IMG/VR virus record: IMGVR_UViG_3300003178_000005
DNA from: an uncultured virus (IMG/VR IMGVR_UViG_3300003178_000005)
Lineage: Duplodnaviria > Heunggongvirae > Uroviricota > Caudoviricetes
Length of the DNA stretch: 64,000 nucleotides
Direction: 5' to 3' (one strand)
The notes beneath the pieces were generated by a model that did no database searches, was not told where the DNA came from, and saw only the letters and a program-made list of their open reading frames with translations. The position numbers and the translations under genes were made by a program. Shown in pieces: positions 17,591 through 27,710 of the stretch (within the stretch, counting starts at the first letter, position 1; each line of letters begins with the position of its first letter).

Positions 17591-18150
17591 ATAGGGGAGG
17601 CACGCTAGTTCTGTATGATGCAGAAAACCTAAAGACACCACTCACCAAAAATAAGGGTGAGTACATATTGTCTAGAGTAGACATTCTCGAAACGAAAGAG
17701 AAGATAAGAAGAACATTTAACGATGTCTTACATGTCGAAATAGCATTTGTTAGGGCATATCATCATACAGACCACAGATACAAGAGGAATGAGAGGTTTT
17801 TCTCAATGCTTGAAAGCAATGGGTTTGAGGTAGTGAGAAAAAAAATAAAGAAAGCCAAGAATATAGTTCATGTTGATGGCAAAAAGTTTGTATACACATA
17901 TGAAGAGTGTGATATGGACGCAAAAATAATACATACAATTTTAACAATTGGAAGAGAGTTCGAGAGAATAATATTGCTTAGTGGGGATGATGACATGTAT
18001 GACTCGTTGAAGTTTGTAAAGGACGAATACGGAACCGAAGTTATTGTCATTGCTCACAAGGAAAACTTGTCGGGAAAAATGAAAGAGTTCAAGCATATAT
18101 TCTTACACGAACTCTTAAATAACAAGGAGTATGGAGGTAAAGATGAGTAA
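17587..18150 (+). CDS. NYN (LabA/DUF88, PIN-fold) ribonuclease-like protein
   Basis: LYDAENL, ECDMD, IILLSGDDDM, GTEVIVIA motifs. Confidence 0.8.
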   Translation: MNRGGTLVLYDAENLKTPLTKNKGEYILSRVDILETKEKIRRTFNDVLHVEIAFVRAYHHTDHRYKRNERFFSMLESNGFEVVRKKIKKAKNIVHVDGKKFVYTYEECDMDAKIIHTILTIGREFERIILLSGDDDMYDSLKFVKDEYGTEVIVIAHKENLSGKMKEFKHIFLHELLNNKEYGGKDE

Positions 18151-18538
18151 AACAGAAGAACTAAAGAGAGAGCTCCAGGTGCTATCGGACGCTCTCGTGG
18201 AGTATGTTGGCACGAATATGGAAAGGATGACATCAAAGGGTGCACTGATGCACAACCTAAGGGATGTCGGGTTCACTAGTGTAGGAGAATCTAAATTTGC
18301 GCTAAATCTTAAATACCACAACAAAACGTATGTATCTTTTCTTCTTTCGTTTAGGAATGGGAGTGTAGATATAACCGAAGACCACATAATAGTAGTTGAT
18401 GGCAAAGAAGAGCCTCTTTCGTCAGTAAGGAAGCCTTTCACATTAATAGGCGTTAGATACAGCAAAGTTATAGAATCTCTACTAAACAGAGTGAAAGAGC
18501 TAACAGAACTTTTTAAGGAGGGAGCAATAGATGAGTAA
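18143..18538 (+). CDS. Hypothetical protein
   Basis: GGAGG SD, overlaps both neighbours. Confidence 0.65.
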   Translation: MSKTEELKRELQVLSDALVEYVGTNMERMTSKGALMHNLRDVGFTSVGESKFALNLKYHNKTYVSFLLSFRNGSVDITEDHIIVVDGKEEPLSSVRKPFTLIGVRYSKVIESLLNRVKELTELFKEGAIDE

Positions 18539-19463
18539 ATATAACATAGAAAAGGATATAAAGTATCTGGAGGACAATGGTGTTGTGTTTGATGAGTGGA
18601 TTGATATTGAAGATGATTTTTACCACTCGTCACCAGGGATAAGCGCTAGTGGGCTAAAACTGATAGACAAAGAGTGCCCAGAGGTATACAAGTATATGAA
18701 AGAGCACCCAAAGGAAAAGACAGAGGCTTTGATTCTTGGAAATGCTATCCACAAGTATATACTTGAAAACGAAAAGTTTGAGGAGGAGTATCTTGTTGCC
18801 CCCACAAGCAAAAAAACAGACCGTGATTACAAGATATTCATCAACAACCATAAAAAGGAGATTGAGGAAGGTAAGATAGTCTTAAGAAAAAAGGACATGG
18901 AGATGCTTGAGGGCATACTTGCCTCGCTAAGAGATAGCTCCACGAAAGGAGGGACTAATACTTATGATGGCATAATTCTAAATCCGAATACGCAAAGAGA
19001 GAAGGCTCTTTATACTATAGACAAGGACAGAAACATTATACTGAAAGTGAAGGTTGACATCAATATGTCAGGAATGTTTCTTGACCTCAAGTCAACAAAA
19101 AGTGCCCATCCGGACAATTTCATGAAGGATGCAGCAAACCTTGGGTATGGCATTCAGGCTGCGTACTATAGAAAAATAGCATCGCTTGCGGGGAAAGAAG
19201 CCAAGATGTTTGGTTTTATTCCGGTTGAAAAGGAGCCCCCATACATTCACTCTGTAATTATCATGGATGAAGAGGATGTTCAGCTTGAGCAGCACAAAGT
19301 TGAAAGGCTTCTTGACATATATTCATTCTGTATAAACAATGATATATGGTACGGTCCGAACGGGATAGACACAAAAAAGAAAAAAGAGCCGCTCTTTGTC
19401 GTAAAGAGGATGCCGTCATGGCATAGATTTAAACTTGAGGAGGAGAAGGATTTTGAAGGATGA
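18531..19463 (+). CDS. RecE-like exonuclease (DUF3799, PD-(D/E)xK)
   Basis: YHSSPGISASGLK, LGNAIH..ILE, KVKVD, DLKST, YGIQAAYY, FIPVEKEPP. Confidence 0.85.
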   Translation: MSKYNIEKDIKYLEDNGVVFDEWIDIEDDFYHSSPGISASGLKLIDKECPEVYKYMKEHPKEKTEALILGNAIHKYILENEKFEEEYLVAPTSKKTDRDYKIFINNHKKEIEEGKIVLRKKDMEMLEGILASLRDSSTKGGTNTYDGIILNPNTQREKALYTIDKDRNIILKVKVDINMSGMFLDLKSTKSAHPDNFMKDAANLGYGIQAAYYRKIASLAGKEAKMFGFIPVEKEPPYIHSVIIMDEEDVQLEQHKVERLLDIYSFCINNDIWYGPNGIDTKKKKEPLFVVKRMPSWHRFKLEEEKDFEG

Positions 19464-19683
19464 GAATGAAGTTTACTACCCACAGATAAAATCCATAGAA
19501 GAACTAACTACTGGAAAGTACTACTGGTGCGTTAACAAAAAAACGGGAAAACCAACAGTAGAAGTAGTTGGTGAAATGTATGGAAACAAATATCTTGGGT
19601 ACGGAAAGATATGGGCATCAAAATCAAACAACCAGGCATTTGAAATATGGGACATTTACGGACCAATACCATTACCAAAATAG
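19435..19683 (+). CDS. Hypothetical protein
   Basis: Fills the gap between recE-like and recT; start uncertain. Confidence 0.5.
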   Translation: MRRRRILKDENEVYYPQIKSIEELTTGKYYWCVNKKTGKPTVEVVGEMYGNKYLGYGKIWASKSNNQAFEIWDIYGPIPLPK

Positions 19684-19692
19684 GAGACTGAT

Positions 19693-20622
19693 ATGGGAAC
19701 AGAAATTCAAACAGTAACAGATAACGGAGGACTTGCTAGTCAGGTGGTAAGTCTAATTGCGGAGAAGAATTCCGATATAGATAATGGACTTCTTATGAAC
19801 AAGCTAAACATGATTATAGCAAAAACGCCAAAAATTGCACAAATGCCGCCTGAGGTTGTGTCTCAGGCAATACTCAAGGCTATGATACCGGACCCTACAC
19901 TGCAAGACCATGACGATATATACTTTGTGCCCTACGGGAAGACAATAGATGTATCATTCTCTCATAACTATCTTCAAAAACTTGCCTATAGAAATGGAGC
20001 CGTGAAACTCATAGAAACTCATTTAATCTATGACGGAGACGATGTTAAGGTTACAGAAAAGGGCGTCAGCTACAACATTAACCCATTTAAAAAGAATAGA
20101 GGCGAGTTTGCTGGAGTCATGGTTGTTGTTAAGCTTGCAAATGGCGAAACAAAATATGGCTTTGTTGATGTTGAACATATAGAAAAAGCCAGGAAAGCGT
20201 CTAAATCTGGGAACAATGGTCCGTGGAAAACGTGGTATTTTGAGATGGCAAAAAAGGTTGCAATCAAAAATACATTAAAGGGTCTTGATATATCTCCTGA
20301 GTTTAATGCTGCAATAACAATCGATAACGAGGACACAGACTTCTCTAAAGCAAATGAAGCGGAAGCTCCAGCAGCAACAGAAGAACTTGAAAAAATGATG
20401 GAAACAGGAAGCTCTATTGCAAATTCTGCAGAAAGCATACTGGAAAGCCTTGGGATTGAGTTTAAATTTAATGGAGATTGGTTCTCTGTTGATATCATAA
20501 ATTCAGAGAAAGATGGTGTTGAGCAGCTTGGGAAAATCATTAAGCTTGGAACAAAATCCAATAGACCTGGATATGTATTTGGAAAAATAAGTGACCTTGT
20601 AAAGGCATATGAAAATGGCTAA
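19693..20622 (+). CDS. recT: RecT-family ssDNA annealing protein
   Basis: YFVPYG, IEKARKASKS..GPW..W..EMAKKVAIK. Confidence 0.85.
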   Translation: MGTEIQTVTDNGGLASQVVSLIAEKNSDIDNGLLMNKLNMIIAKTPKIAQMPPEVVSQAILKAMIPDPTLQDHDDIYFVPYGKTIDVSFSHNYLQKLAYRNGAVKLIETHLIYDGDDVKVTEKGVSYNINPFKKNRGEFAGVMVVVKLANGETKYGFVDVEHIEKARKASKSGNNGPWKTWYFEMAKKVAIKNTLKGLDISPEFNAAITIDNEDTDFSKANEAEAPAATEELEKMMETGSSIANSAESILESLGIEFKFNGDWFSVDIINSEKDGVEQLGKIIKLGTKSNRPGYVFGKISDLVKAYENG

Positions 20623-20875
20623 ATTTGAGGTTACGGTAAACGTCATCGAGGAGGCGTCAATAGACTATACGATAGTCGTTGACGCTAGGGATATAGGCTC
20701 AGCAATAAAAAAAGTTGAGAAAGCAATTAAAAAAGACGGGACAGCCTTTATGCAGTATGATGCCTCCTCTGAAACAATCATAGACACATTTGGAATAGAT
20801 GGTGAAAAAGAGGAGGTTGTAGATGCTAGAAAAATAGAAGACGATACAGGAGATGACAGTGAAAATCACTTTTAA
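20609..20875 (+). CDS. Hypothetical protein
   Basis: 88 aa ORF, coupled. Confidence 0.55.
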   Translation: MKMAKFEVTVNVIEEASIDYTIVVDARDIGSAIKKVEKAIKKDGTAFMQYDASSETIIDTFGIDGEKEEVVDARKIEDDTGDDSENHF

Positions 20876-21220
20876 GGTAGAGATAACAGAGAAGGAGCTT
20901 GCTGCGGCATTATTGCCAAATGGAGGAAAAATAACAGAAGTTACAGTAGAGGAGACACCCACAAGAAGAAGGAGGTCTGCTGCCACAACACAGACGGGAA
21001 GCACCTCTGCTAAAAAGGCAGCGGCAAAAAAGGAGAAGAAAGCGTAAGAAGCCTAAGCCTCTGCTTGAGTGGCTTAGTGAATTAGCTGCATTGGACAGAC
21101 AATGGAGGAAAGAAGGAAAATACGGAAAGCAAATAGTCGATAAGGTTTCTGAGCTTGTCGAAAACAAGCCGATAGCCATGACAGAGGTATTGATTTCTCC
21201 ATCAATGTACCAGTTCAAAT

Positions 21221-21571
21221 TTGGAACCAGAAAAAGGAAGAAAAATGGATAAAATAGAGATAAGATACCTGCAACAAGGACTTGTAAAGGTGGATAAGCC
21301 AAAAGACTGGGATGCAATGACCAGCAAGCAAAAGGCCGAATACTGCGAAAATATACTATACAGCCTAGATGACAGAACTCTTCTTGAGGGTATGGCTGAA
21401 TCATACCCATTCGATATAGACTGTTTCTTTGCTGATACGCCAAGAGTTGATGCCATCGAGCTTTCTGAAGATAGCGATGATGACCCAGTTCTAATAGCAA
21501 GTACTGAAACGTGGGACAAATTCATTGAAGATTCGGGAGGGCTATCATGGAAGAGCTCCCAAGAGACATGA
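21221..21571 (+). CDS. Hypothetical acidic protein
   Basis: ORF in a plus-strand operon; start uncertain. Confidence 0.5.
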   Translation: MEPEKGRKMDKIEIRYLQQGLVKVDKPKDWDAMTSKQKAEYCENILYSLDDRTLLEGMAESYPFDIDCFFADTPRVDAIELSEDSDDDPVLIASTETWDKFIEDSGGLSWKSSQET

Positions 21572-21849
21572 ATTGGAAGGCGTTTGCTGACTATCTGTCA
21601 AAAAAGTTCGAATGGTTTGGCGAAACAATTGGGCAATTCTTTGACAACGAAAAGTACAACGATATCCAGTTCAGGAGGATTGACCATATTTTGTCTGACA
21701 AAGAAATAGACGGAGACAGGATAGTTCTAAACATTCAAGACGGAGACCCGTTTACGAGCGGAATAGAGTCATATATTGTCTTTATGAATTCCGTGATAAG
21801 AAAAAAATACGACTGCTACTTTGCGGTAAATAAAGTAGACTATTTTTAG
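21547..21849 (+). CDS. Hypothetical protein
   Basis: 100 aa ORF. Confidence 0.5.
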   Translation: MEELPRDMNWKAFADYLSKKFEWFGETIGQFFDNEKYNDIQFRRIDHILSDKEIDGDRIVLNIQDGDPFTSGIESYIVFMNSVIRKKYDCYFAVNKVDYF

Positions 21850-21858
21850 GAGGAGCCT

Positions 21859-23339
21859 ATGAAGAAGGATATAAGCGACCTAGTCAAGGACTCTTTCGGG
21901 ATGAGACCAATAGCATACTTTCCGATATACAAGGATATAACCGGAAACTTCAACGGAGCAATAATGCTGTCTCAGCTTATGTACTGGTTTAGAAAAAAGA
22001 GCAAGGTATACAAAACCAGACGTGAATTTATGGATGAGGTTGGATTTACTGAAAGAGAGTACAAAACTGGCAGGTCTGCGTTGGAAAAACTTCCTTTTCT
22101 TAGGCTAGACAGAAGTGGAGCTAGAGGGAAAAGACACTACACTCTACTTCGCTCAGAATTCAGAGAATTTATGATTTCATTCATAAAGAACAATCCAACT
22201 GTGGCAGAGCGATACGCTCATGAGTTGTCCGAGCATCCTGATTTTAAAGCATTTTATGCAGAGTTCGGCTTTGGGTTAGAGGACGTTTCCGCCCAATCAT
22301 CGGACACGCAAACGTCCAATTAGAGGACGCAAACGTCCCAGAAAAATCAGAAAAAACGGGGCAAAAAGATAGTGTGTTTTTGTACGAACAGGACGCAAAC
22401 GTCCCAACTGAAAAGGACGTTTCCGCCCAACATCAAGACGTTTCCGCCCAATCATCGGACGCAAACGTCCCATCTTTAACAGAGACTAAGACTACAAAGA
22501 CTACAGACAGAGAATACTATGTAGATGGCTTAAACGTGGTTAAAACCGAATCAGAGAAGAACCCTTCGGATTCTTCTTCTCATTTACCTTCTGAGGGTAA
22601 ACCTCAGAAAGGTAAAAGAACTCCTATAGAATATACCCCTGAATTTGAATTTGCTTGGAAGATGTATAAAGTAGATTCATCGATGAAGGGCCAAAAATCA
22701 CGAGCATTTAAGGAGTTCAATAAAACGCTTGAGTTCTACCAAGACAAAGATGTCATATATATGGCAATACAAAAATATAAGGCAAGTACAGCTTTTGAGT
22801 TGAGACCAGCCCAGGCTGCATCATTCTTTAGCGGAATAAGAAACCCTGAGCATAAGTACTACAAAGACTACGTGCAAGGTGGGTACAAAGAAAGGCTAGA
22901 GATTGTAAAGGCCAAAGAGGTTGTTAAGAACAAAGAGAAGTACTCTGCCCAAGAAGCATACAGGAAAGACCTGTCACTTCAAGGTGAGCTAAGTGCAATC
23001 GAGCTGCTAGACAGAACCTCAAAGGTAAATGTGATAATAAACGAGAAGTTTGGTGAGGAGGCATATATCGGAATATTCCGAGTCGGCGAGAGAAAAGACT
23101 GGATTAGGTTCACTGGTCCAGAGTATGTAGCTCTGCCGATAAAACACCCAATGTCAAAGACCGACAAGGTAAAGGTCCTGTTCCACATAGAGGAGCTTCG
23201 ACAAAACCTATACGTTCACCTTCATGGCCATGTTTGGTCGGAAGAGCTCGAAGAGAGATACAGAAAGTCTAATGAGGGTTTTGATATGATACCAAGTATA
23301 AAAGCCCCAGGGAAGGAGGAATTGAATGACACACTCTGA
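21859..23339 (+). CDS. Replication initiator (winged-helix N-terminus, internal iterons), split by a 2-nt insertion
   Basis: RPIAYFP..ITG..GAIMLSQLMYW N-terminus; YTPEFEFAWKMY..K..AFKEF C-domain; removing the extra AC near 22305 joins the two ORFs; lies upstream of dnaB. Confidence 0.8.
22281..22470. repeat. Seven 14-bp iterons (putative replication origin)
   Basis: GGACGCAAACGTCC / GGACGTTTCCGCCC at 22281, 22302, 22325, 22391, 22415, 22436, 22457; mostly 21-bp spacing. Confidence 0.8.
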
Positions 23340-23865
23340 ATTACTTGCGGCTTTAGTTGACAAGATACCAAAAATGAACAAGTTCGACTTGGAAATTCTT
23401 AGAGACATAGTTGCTGGCATAGCTTTAAAGGACAATTCTCTATATGACTTTTATAGAGAGGTCACAACATCAAATTCCTTCATAGACGTAGCCTTGATAA
23501 AGAAGATATCTGAAAAATACAGTGTCCCAACAATGTACAGGGAGCATATAGACTCAAGATTTTATGCTTTTAAGGAGAACATAAAAACAGTATGTGCGCT
23601 GAACAGGGAAAGGGTGAAGTCTGGAAAAAAGCCAGGTTTTAACCCAGACAAGTGGATGAAAGACGGAAAACCTATGTTCTCTTCAACTGAAAAGAGGACC
23701 ATAGAAAAAATTGGAGGACTAGATAAGCTATGTGAGAGCATGCTTAATGTCGGGTTCTTCGACTACCTAAAGACGTTATTTGAAGAATCCGCCACAGATG
23801 TGTCGAAAGTAAAATATGCTCTCATGATGGATGGAAAAAATAAGCCTAAGCAGATAGGAGGGTAA
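23326..23865 (+). CDS. Hypothetical protein between initiator and helicase (possible loader/adaptor)
   Basis: 179 aa; functional guess from position only. Confidence 0.6.
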   Translation: MTHSELLAALVDKIPKMNKFDLEILRDIVAGIALKDNSLYDFYREVTTSNSFIDVALIKKISEKYSVPTMYREHIDSRFYAFKENIKTVCALNRERVKSGKKPGFNPDKWMKDGKPMFSSTEKRTIEKIGGLDKLCESMLNVGFFDYLKTLFEESATDVSKVKYALMMDGKNKPKQIGG

Positions 23866-23866
23866 T

Positions 23867-25339
23867 ATGGCAGCAACAGAAACAGAAGAGCTATACAACC
23901 TTCCTGTCGAATATGCTATTCTCAGTGCTATAGTATTTGAGAACGAGCTTATTCATGAAATATCAGAGAAGCTTTCTCCAAACGATTTCTATCTTCCGTC
24001 AAACAGAGATATCTATTCGATAATACTAGAGCTTGCTGAAGAAGGCAAGCCTATAGATGAGGTTTTTATTGAGGAGCGTCTAAGAGCAAGAAGAAAAGAC
24101 TACGAGATGGCACTCTTGTCAGTTCTTTCCGCAAACCCAATAGCAAATACAGAACCATATCTAGAGATGCTTAAAGACCTGTCAGCAAAAAGAAGACTAT
24201 TTGACCTGTCCATCGAAATAAGAAAAAAGCTTGACGACTCAAATGTTGAATCATCAAGTATACTTTTTGAAGCTATGGAGATGATAGAGCGGATACAAGA
24301 TGAGTCCTCTACAGAGCGTGGCGATAGGAAAATAAGCGAAATAACAGCTGAGATAAGGTCTGATATGGACAAAGCAAGAACTGGCGAAAAATTGCCGTTC
24401 TTTGAAACTGGATACAGAACATTCGACTCTCAAATTGGAGGATTTGCCGAAAATGGCCTAAACGTAGTTGCTGCAAGGCCATCGATGGGCAAGTCGAGCT
24501 TTGTGAGCGGACCAATAGTGAACACCATAAAAAAGGGGAAGTCTGCAGTTCTATATTCCATGGAGGTTGTTGACAAAAACGCACTGGCAAGACTAATTTC
24601 GTTCAAGTCACAAGAGCCGCTATCAAACATAAAAAAGGGGCTCGTTAGAGATATATCGAAGTTCAATGAGGCAATGGAGTTTTTTGAGTCCATGGAGGAT
24701 AGGCTTGTTATTGTTGATAGAAGCGGAATGAATAAGCGTGAGCTTGAGCTTGATATAATCAAGCGTATCAAAAGAGACCCAAGTCTTGAATTGATTGTTG
24801 TTGACCATCTGCTTCAAATGCAGATAGACCCAAAGAAACATACCCCTACTGAGCTTGGAGAAATAACAAAAATGTTAAAAAGGATATGCCAGAACTATAA
24901 GGTTACTGTTGTTCTCTTGTCTCAGCTAAACAGGGCTGTAGAGGCTAGAGAGAACAAGAGGCCAATGATGGCAGACCTGCAGGGTTCAGGCTCTATCGAA
25001 CAAGATGCAGACCTTATAGTGTTCCTATACAGGAGTGAATACTATAAGGAGAAAGAGTGGGACCAAGAGAAGAATGGTGGACCGTACCAGAGGAAAGATG
25101 TCGAGCAGGCAGAGGTCATAGTGGGCAAGAACCGAGATGGCCCTACTGGCTCAGTTGAATTAGGCTTTAGGGCCAAAACGGCATCATTCTTGACTGACTA
25201 TCTGCCTGACTCTGTAACAGAATATGTCTATACAGAGGATGACGAAAATGACGATTATCAAGGCTCAGTTAAAGAAAATGATGCTATAATACCAGAAGAT
25301 ACAGATGGAAGTAGCAATGTATCGATGCCACTAATTTAG
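23867..25339 (+). CDS. dnaB: Replicative DNA helicase
   Basis: AARPSMGKS, YSMEV, LSQLNRAVEAR..KRPMMADL..SGSIEQDAD, KNRDGPTG. Confidence 0.95.
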   Translation: MAATETEELYNLPVEYAILSAIVFENELIHEISEKLSPNDFYLPSNRDIYSIILELAEEGKPIDEVFIEERLRARRKDYEMALLSVLSANPIANTEPYLEMLKDLSAKRRLFDLSIEIRKKLDDSNVESSSILFEAMEMIERIQDESSTERGDRKISEITAEIRSDMDKARTGEKLPFFETGYRTFDSQIGGFAENGLNVVAARPSMGKSSFVSGPIVNTIKKGKSAVLYSMEVVDKNALARLISFKSQEPLSNIKKGLVRDISKFNEAMEFFESMEDRLVIVDRSGMNKRELELDIIKRIKRDPSLELIVVDHLLQMQIDPKKHTPTELGEITKMLKRICQNYKVTVVLLSQLNRAVEARENKRPMMADLQGSGSIEQDADLIVFLYRSEYYKEKEWDQEKNGGPYQRKDVEQAEVIVGKNRDGPTGSVELGFRAKTASFLTDYLPDSVTEYVYTEDDENDDYQGSVKENDAIIPEDTDGSSNVSMPLI

Positions 25340-25350
25340 AAAGGAAACCA

Positions 25351-25656
25351 ATGACAGACCAAGAGATTGAGAGAGAGATACAAGAGAAGGGACTTACAGC
25401 ACCAAGGGTTACACCAGAGCTGATAGAGTCGAAAATTAAAAGTGAATATTACCACGTTGTCCCAAACACAACACTTACCATATGCGTACTTACGCTTGAA
25501 AATGGGTACTTGGTCACTGGCGAAAGCGCTGCTGCATCAGAAGAGAATTTTGACGAAGAAATCGGAAGAAAGATTGCAAAAGCGAATGCCGTTGACAAGA
25601 TTTGGGCACTAGAGGGGTATTTACTAAAAGAAAAACTTTACAGAGGAGACAAATAA
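25351..25656 (+). CDS. N4 Gp49/Sf6 gp66-family protein
   Basis: TAPRVT..TICVLTLENGYLVTGESA...ENFDEEIGRKIA...A..KIW.LEGYLL. Confidence 0.85.
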   Translation: MTDQEIEREIQEKGLTAPRVTPELIESKIKSEYYHVVPNTTLTICVLTLENGYLVTGESAAASEENFDEEIGRKIAKANAVDKIWALEGYLLKEKLYRGDK

Positions 25657-26150
25657 TGCTTTTTAAGATAAATGACACAGCAAGGCTTGTGAGAGACATC
25701 GAAGTTAGATATACTCAATCAGGCACAGCAGTTGCATCTAGTGCAGTTGTAAAATCAAGAAAATGGAAGGACAAAAACAGCGGAGAGCTTATGGAGGAGG
25801 CATGTTTTATAGATATTGTTGCCTTTGGCCAGACTGCAGAGCACATGAACCAATTCTTCTCAAAGGGAAGTATTATTGAGTTCGAAGGTGAGCTACAGCA
25901 GGACAAATGGGTTGATAACAATGGAAACAACAGGTCTAAACATCAAATAAGAATCAACTCTGTTGACTTCGGGCCATGCAAGAAGGGTGAAAATGGCGGC
26001 GGTGGATACACTCCAAAAGAGCCAAATGAAAGAGGAACACCAGCTGGATATGGAAGCAATAATGGGCATACTCAAACACGAAATGAGACTCCGGCTAGCA
26101 CGCCACATGTTCCAGATATAGATGTGTCAGAAGATGAAATTCCATTCTAG
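25656..26150 (+). CDS. ssb: Single-stranded DNA-binding protein
   Basis: RLVRDIEVRYTQSG, FIDIVAFG, EGELQQDKW, acidic tail DEIPF. Confidence 0.93.
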   Translation: MLFKINDTARLVRDIEVRYTQSGTAVASSAVVKSRKWKDKNSGELMEEACFIDIVAFGQTAEHMNQFFSKGSIIEFEGELQQDKWVDNNGNNRSKHQIRINSVDFGPCKKGENGGGGYTPKEPNERGTPAGYGSNNGHTQTRNETPASTPHVPDIDVSEDEIPF

Positions 26151-26294
26151 TAAGCAGAATATTTTTGCAAAGTTTCACTGAAAGGTCTTTTAGGTGTTAA
26201 CTCCGAAGCAACAAGAACCAGCCTCGCAAAAAAGCCGAAAAATGGTCAAAGCCTGCACTGAAAGAGCTTGTGAAACAAAAAAAGATTATTAGGA

Positions 26295-26654
26295 ATGGAG
26301 ATGCATATGCCCCAAATGAGAATGCCAAAGAGGATGGCAATATTCAACGATAGTTTTGCAGACATATCTAAGCTTGATGGTGGAGACATAGATGCCATAC
26401 TTACTGCAAATGGGCTTGTTCCATTATCGAAAATGGAAAGAGCATTTCTTGAAGATATGGAATATAGCCTTCAGCTGTCAACAGATAAGCTTGTAGAAAT
26501 AAGCGAAAAACTGCAATCAAACACTGACCTCACTCAACAAGAAAAAGATAAACTAATCAAGGAAATTGATGATATTGTCCAGGACAACAATGGAATACTT
26601 GGGCTTGGTGTGTCTAATGTTGGGTGCGGACTAAAATTTGAAAGGATAGAGTAG
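26295..26654 (+). CDS. Hypothetical protein
   Basis: 119 aa ORF. Confidence 0.55.
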   Translation: MEMHMPQMRMPKRMAIFNDSFADISKLDGGDIDAILTANGLVPLSKMERAFLEDMEYSLQLSTDKLVEISEKLQSNTDLTQQEKDKLIKEIDDIVQDNNGILGLGVSNVGCGLKFERIE

Positions 26655-26887
26655 TGGAAAAAGGAAACGATAAAGACGGGCTATATAGCTCATACTATGA
26701 TGTTCCAAGTGGTGCAAGAGATTTAGTTGACCTCATGAACCACAAAAACATGAACCATAGTGTAGGAGAGGCATTTTGTGCATTGTATCGCTTGTACGAC
26801 AAAGACACTCCGATAAGGAATCTTGAGAAAGTGATATATTATGCGACAAGAGAGTTAGAGAGATTGAAGGGAGAGATGGATGAGTAG
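26654..26887 (+). CDS. DUF3310-like protein
   Basis: SYY..DLVD..GEAFCALYR...KD...NLEKVIYY..REL. Confidence 0.65.
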   Translation: MEKGNDKDGLYSSYYDVPSGARDLVDLMNHKNMNHSVGEAFCALYRLYDKDTPIRNLEKVIYYATRELERLKGEMDE

Positions 26888-27701
26888 AAACATTAAAAAA
26901 GTAGGTGATATAGGTTTTGTTGAGTATCTAGATGCTTCGCTTGCCAACAAGGACGAAGAATCAAGAATAGAGTGGACAACAAAACTTGCGGCAATAAGCA
27001 GAGGAAAAGACAAGAGCGCAAATCCGCCAAAAAGATATGAATCTCTAAAAAAAGAAGCGGAGGGCGGTAAGCCATCTAGGCCATTTGAATTTCTGCCAAT
27101 TGTCCTTGATAGAGGTGTTGGCCCAGTAGACCTTGGAATAATCAGGGATGATGACATATATCGTGTAATGAAATTCTCACACGATAAGGATGGATTTGTT
27201 TTTACAAATATGCGTGCTCTAATTAACGGAAATGCAAGATATGAACTTATCCCATATAATGAGAGAATTGGAGAGTTCGCAGCGTTTAAGGTGTATGCAC
27301 CAATGTTCGTGTGGGCACAAATTGTAACACATACCCAGTTGTCAACAGAGTCTCAGATGCTTGACGGCTCTCTTCCTGAGAAAAAAGAGCATTTCAAGAC
27401 ATGGATGATTAACATTGCTCCACAGAGAGATGTGCAGCTGCTTCTAAAACTTCTTGGATATCCAAGAGAAATTTACAGCAGAGCACCATATTATTTCAAG
27501 ATGAAAAAATTTGTTATAACAGGCTGGGTAAACTGTGACGACGCATGGCCACACTTCCTGAGAGAGAGGAATGCATACATGGATGACGGTGGACCAAAGA
27601 ACTGGACACAACCTGAGACTCAAAAATATGCATACGCAATAAGACAACTCCTGGAAGAAAATATGGGGCTGTCAAAAGAAACAGTCCTAAAAAACTCATA
27701 A
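26880..27701 (+). CDS. ThyX-like (flavin-dependent thymidylate synthase fold), divergent
   Basis: SRPFEF, FKVYAPMFVWAQIVTH..S, G.PRE..R, W.HFL..R, TQPE..YA. Confidence 0.65.
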   Translation: MSRNIKKVGDIGFVEYLDASLANKDEESRIEWTTKLAAISRGKDKSANPPKRYESLKKEAEGGKPSRPFEFLPIVLDRGVGPVDLGIIRDDDIYRVMKFSHDKDGFVFTNMRALINGNARYELIPYNERIGEFAAFKVYAPMFVWAQIVTHTQLSTESQMLDGSLPEKKEHFKTWMINIAPQRDVQLLLKLLGYPREIYSRAPYYFKMKKFVITGWVNCDDAWPHFLRERNAYMDDGGPKNWTQPETQKYAYAIRQLLEENMGLSKETVLKNS

Positions 27702-27710
27702 GGAGGCCTT

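Noticed and set aside
22281..22470. CRISPR array
   Set aside because: 14-bp units with about 7-nt spacers inside a coding region and no cas genes; fits iterons.
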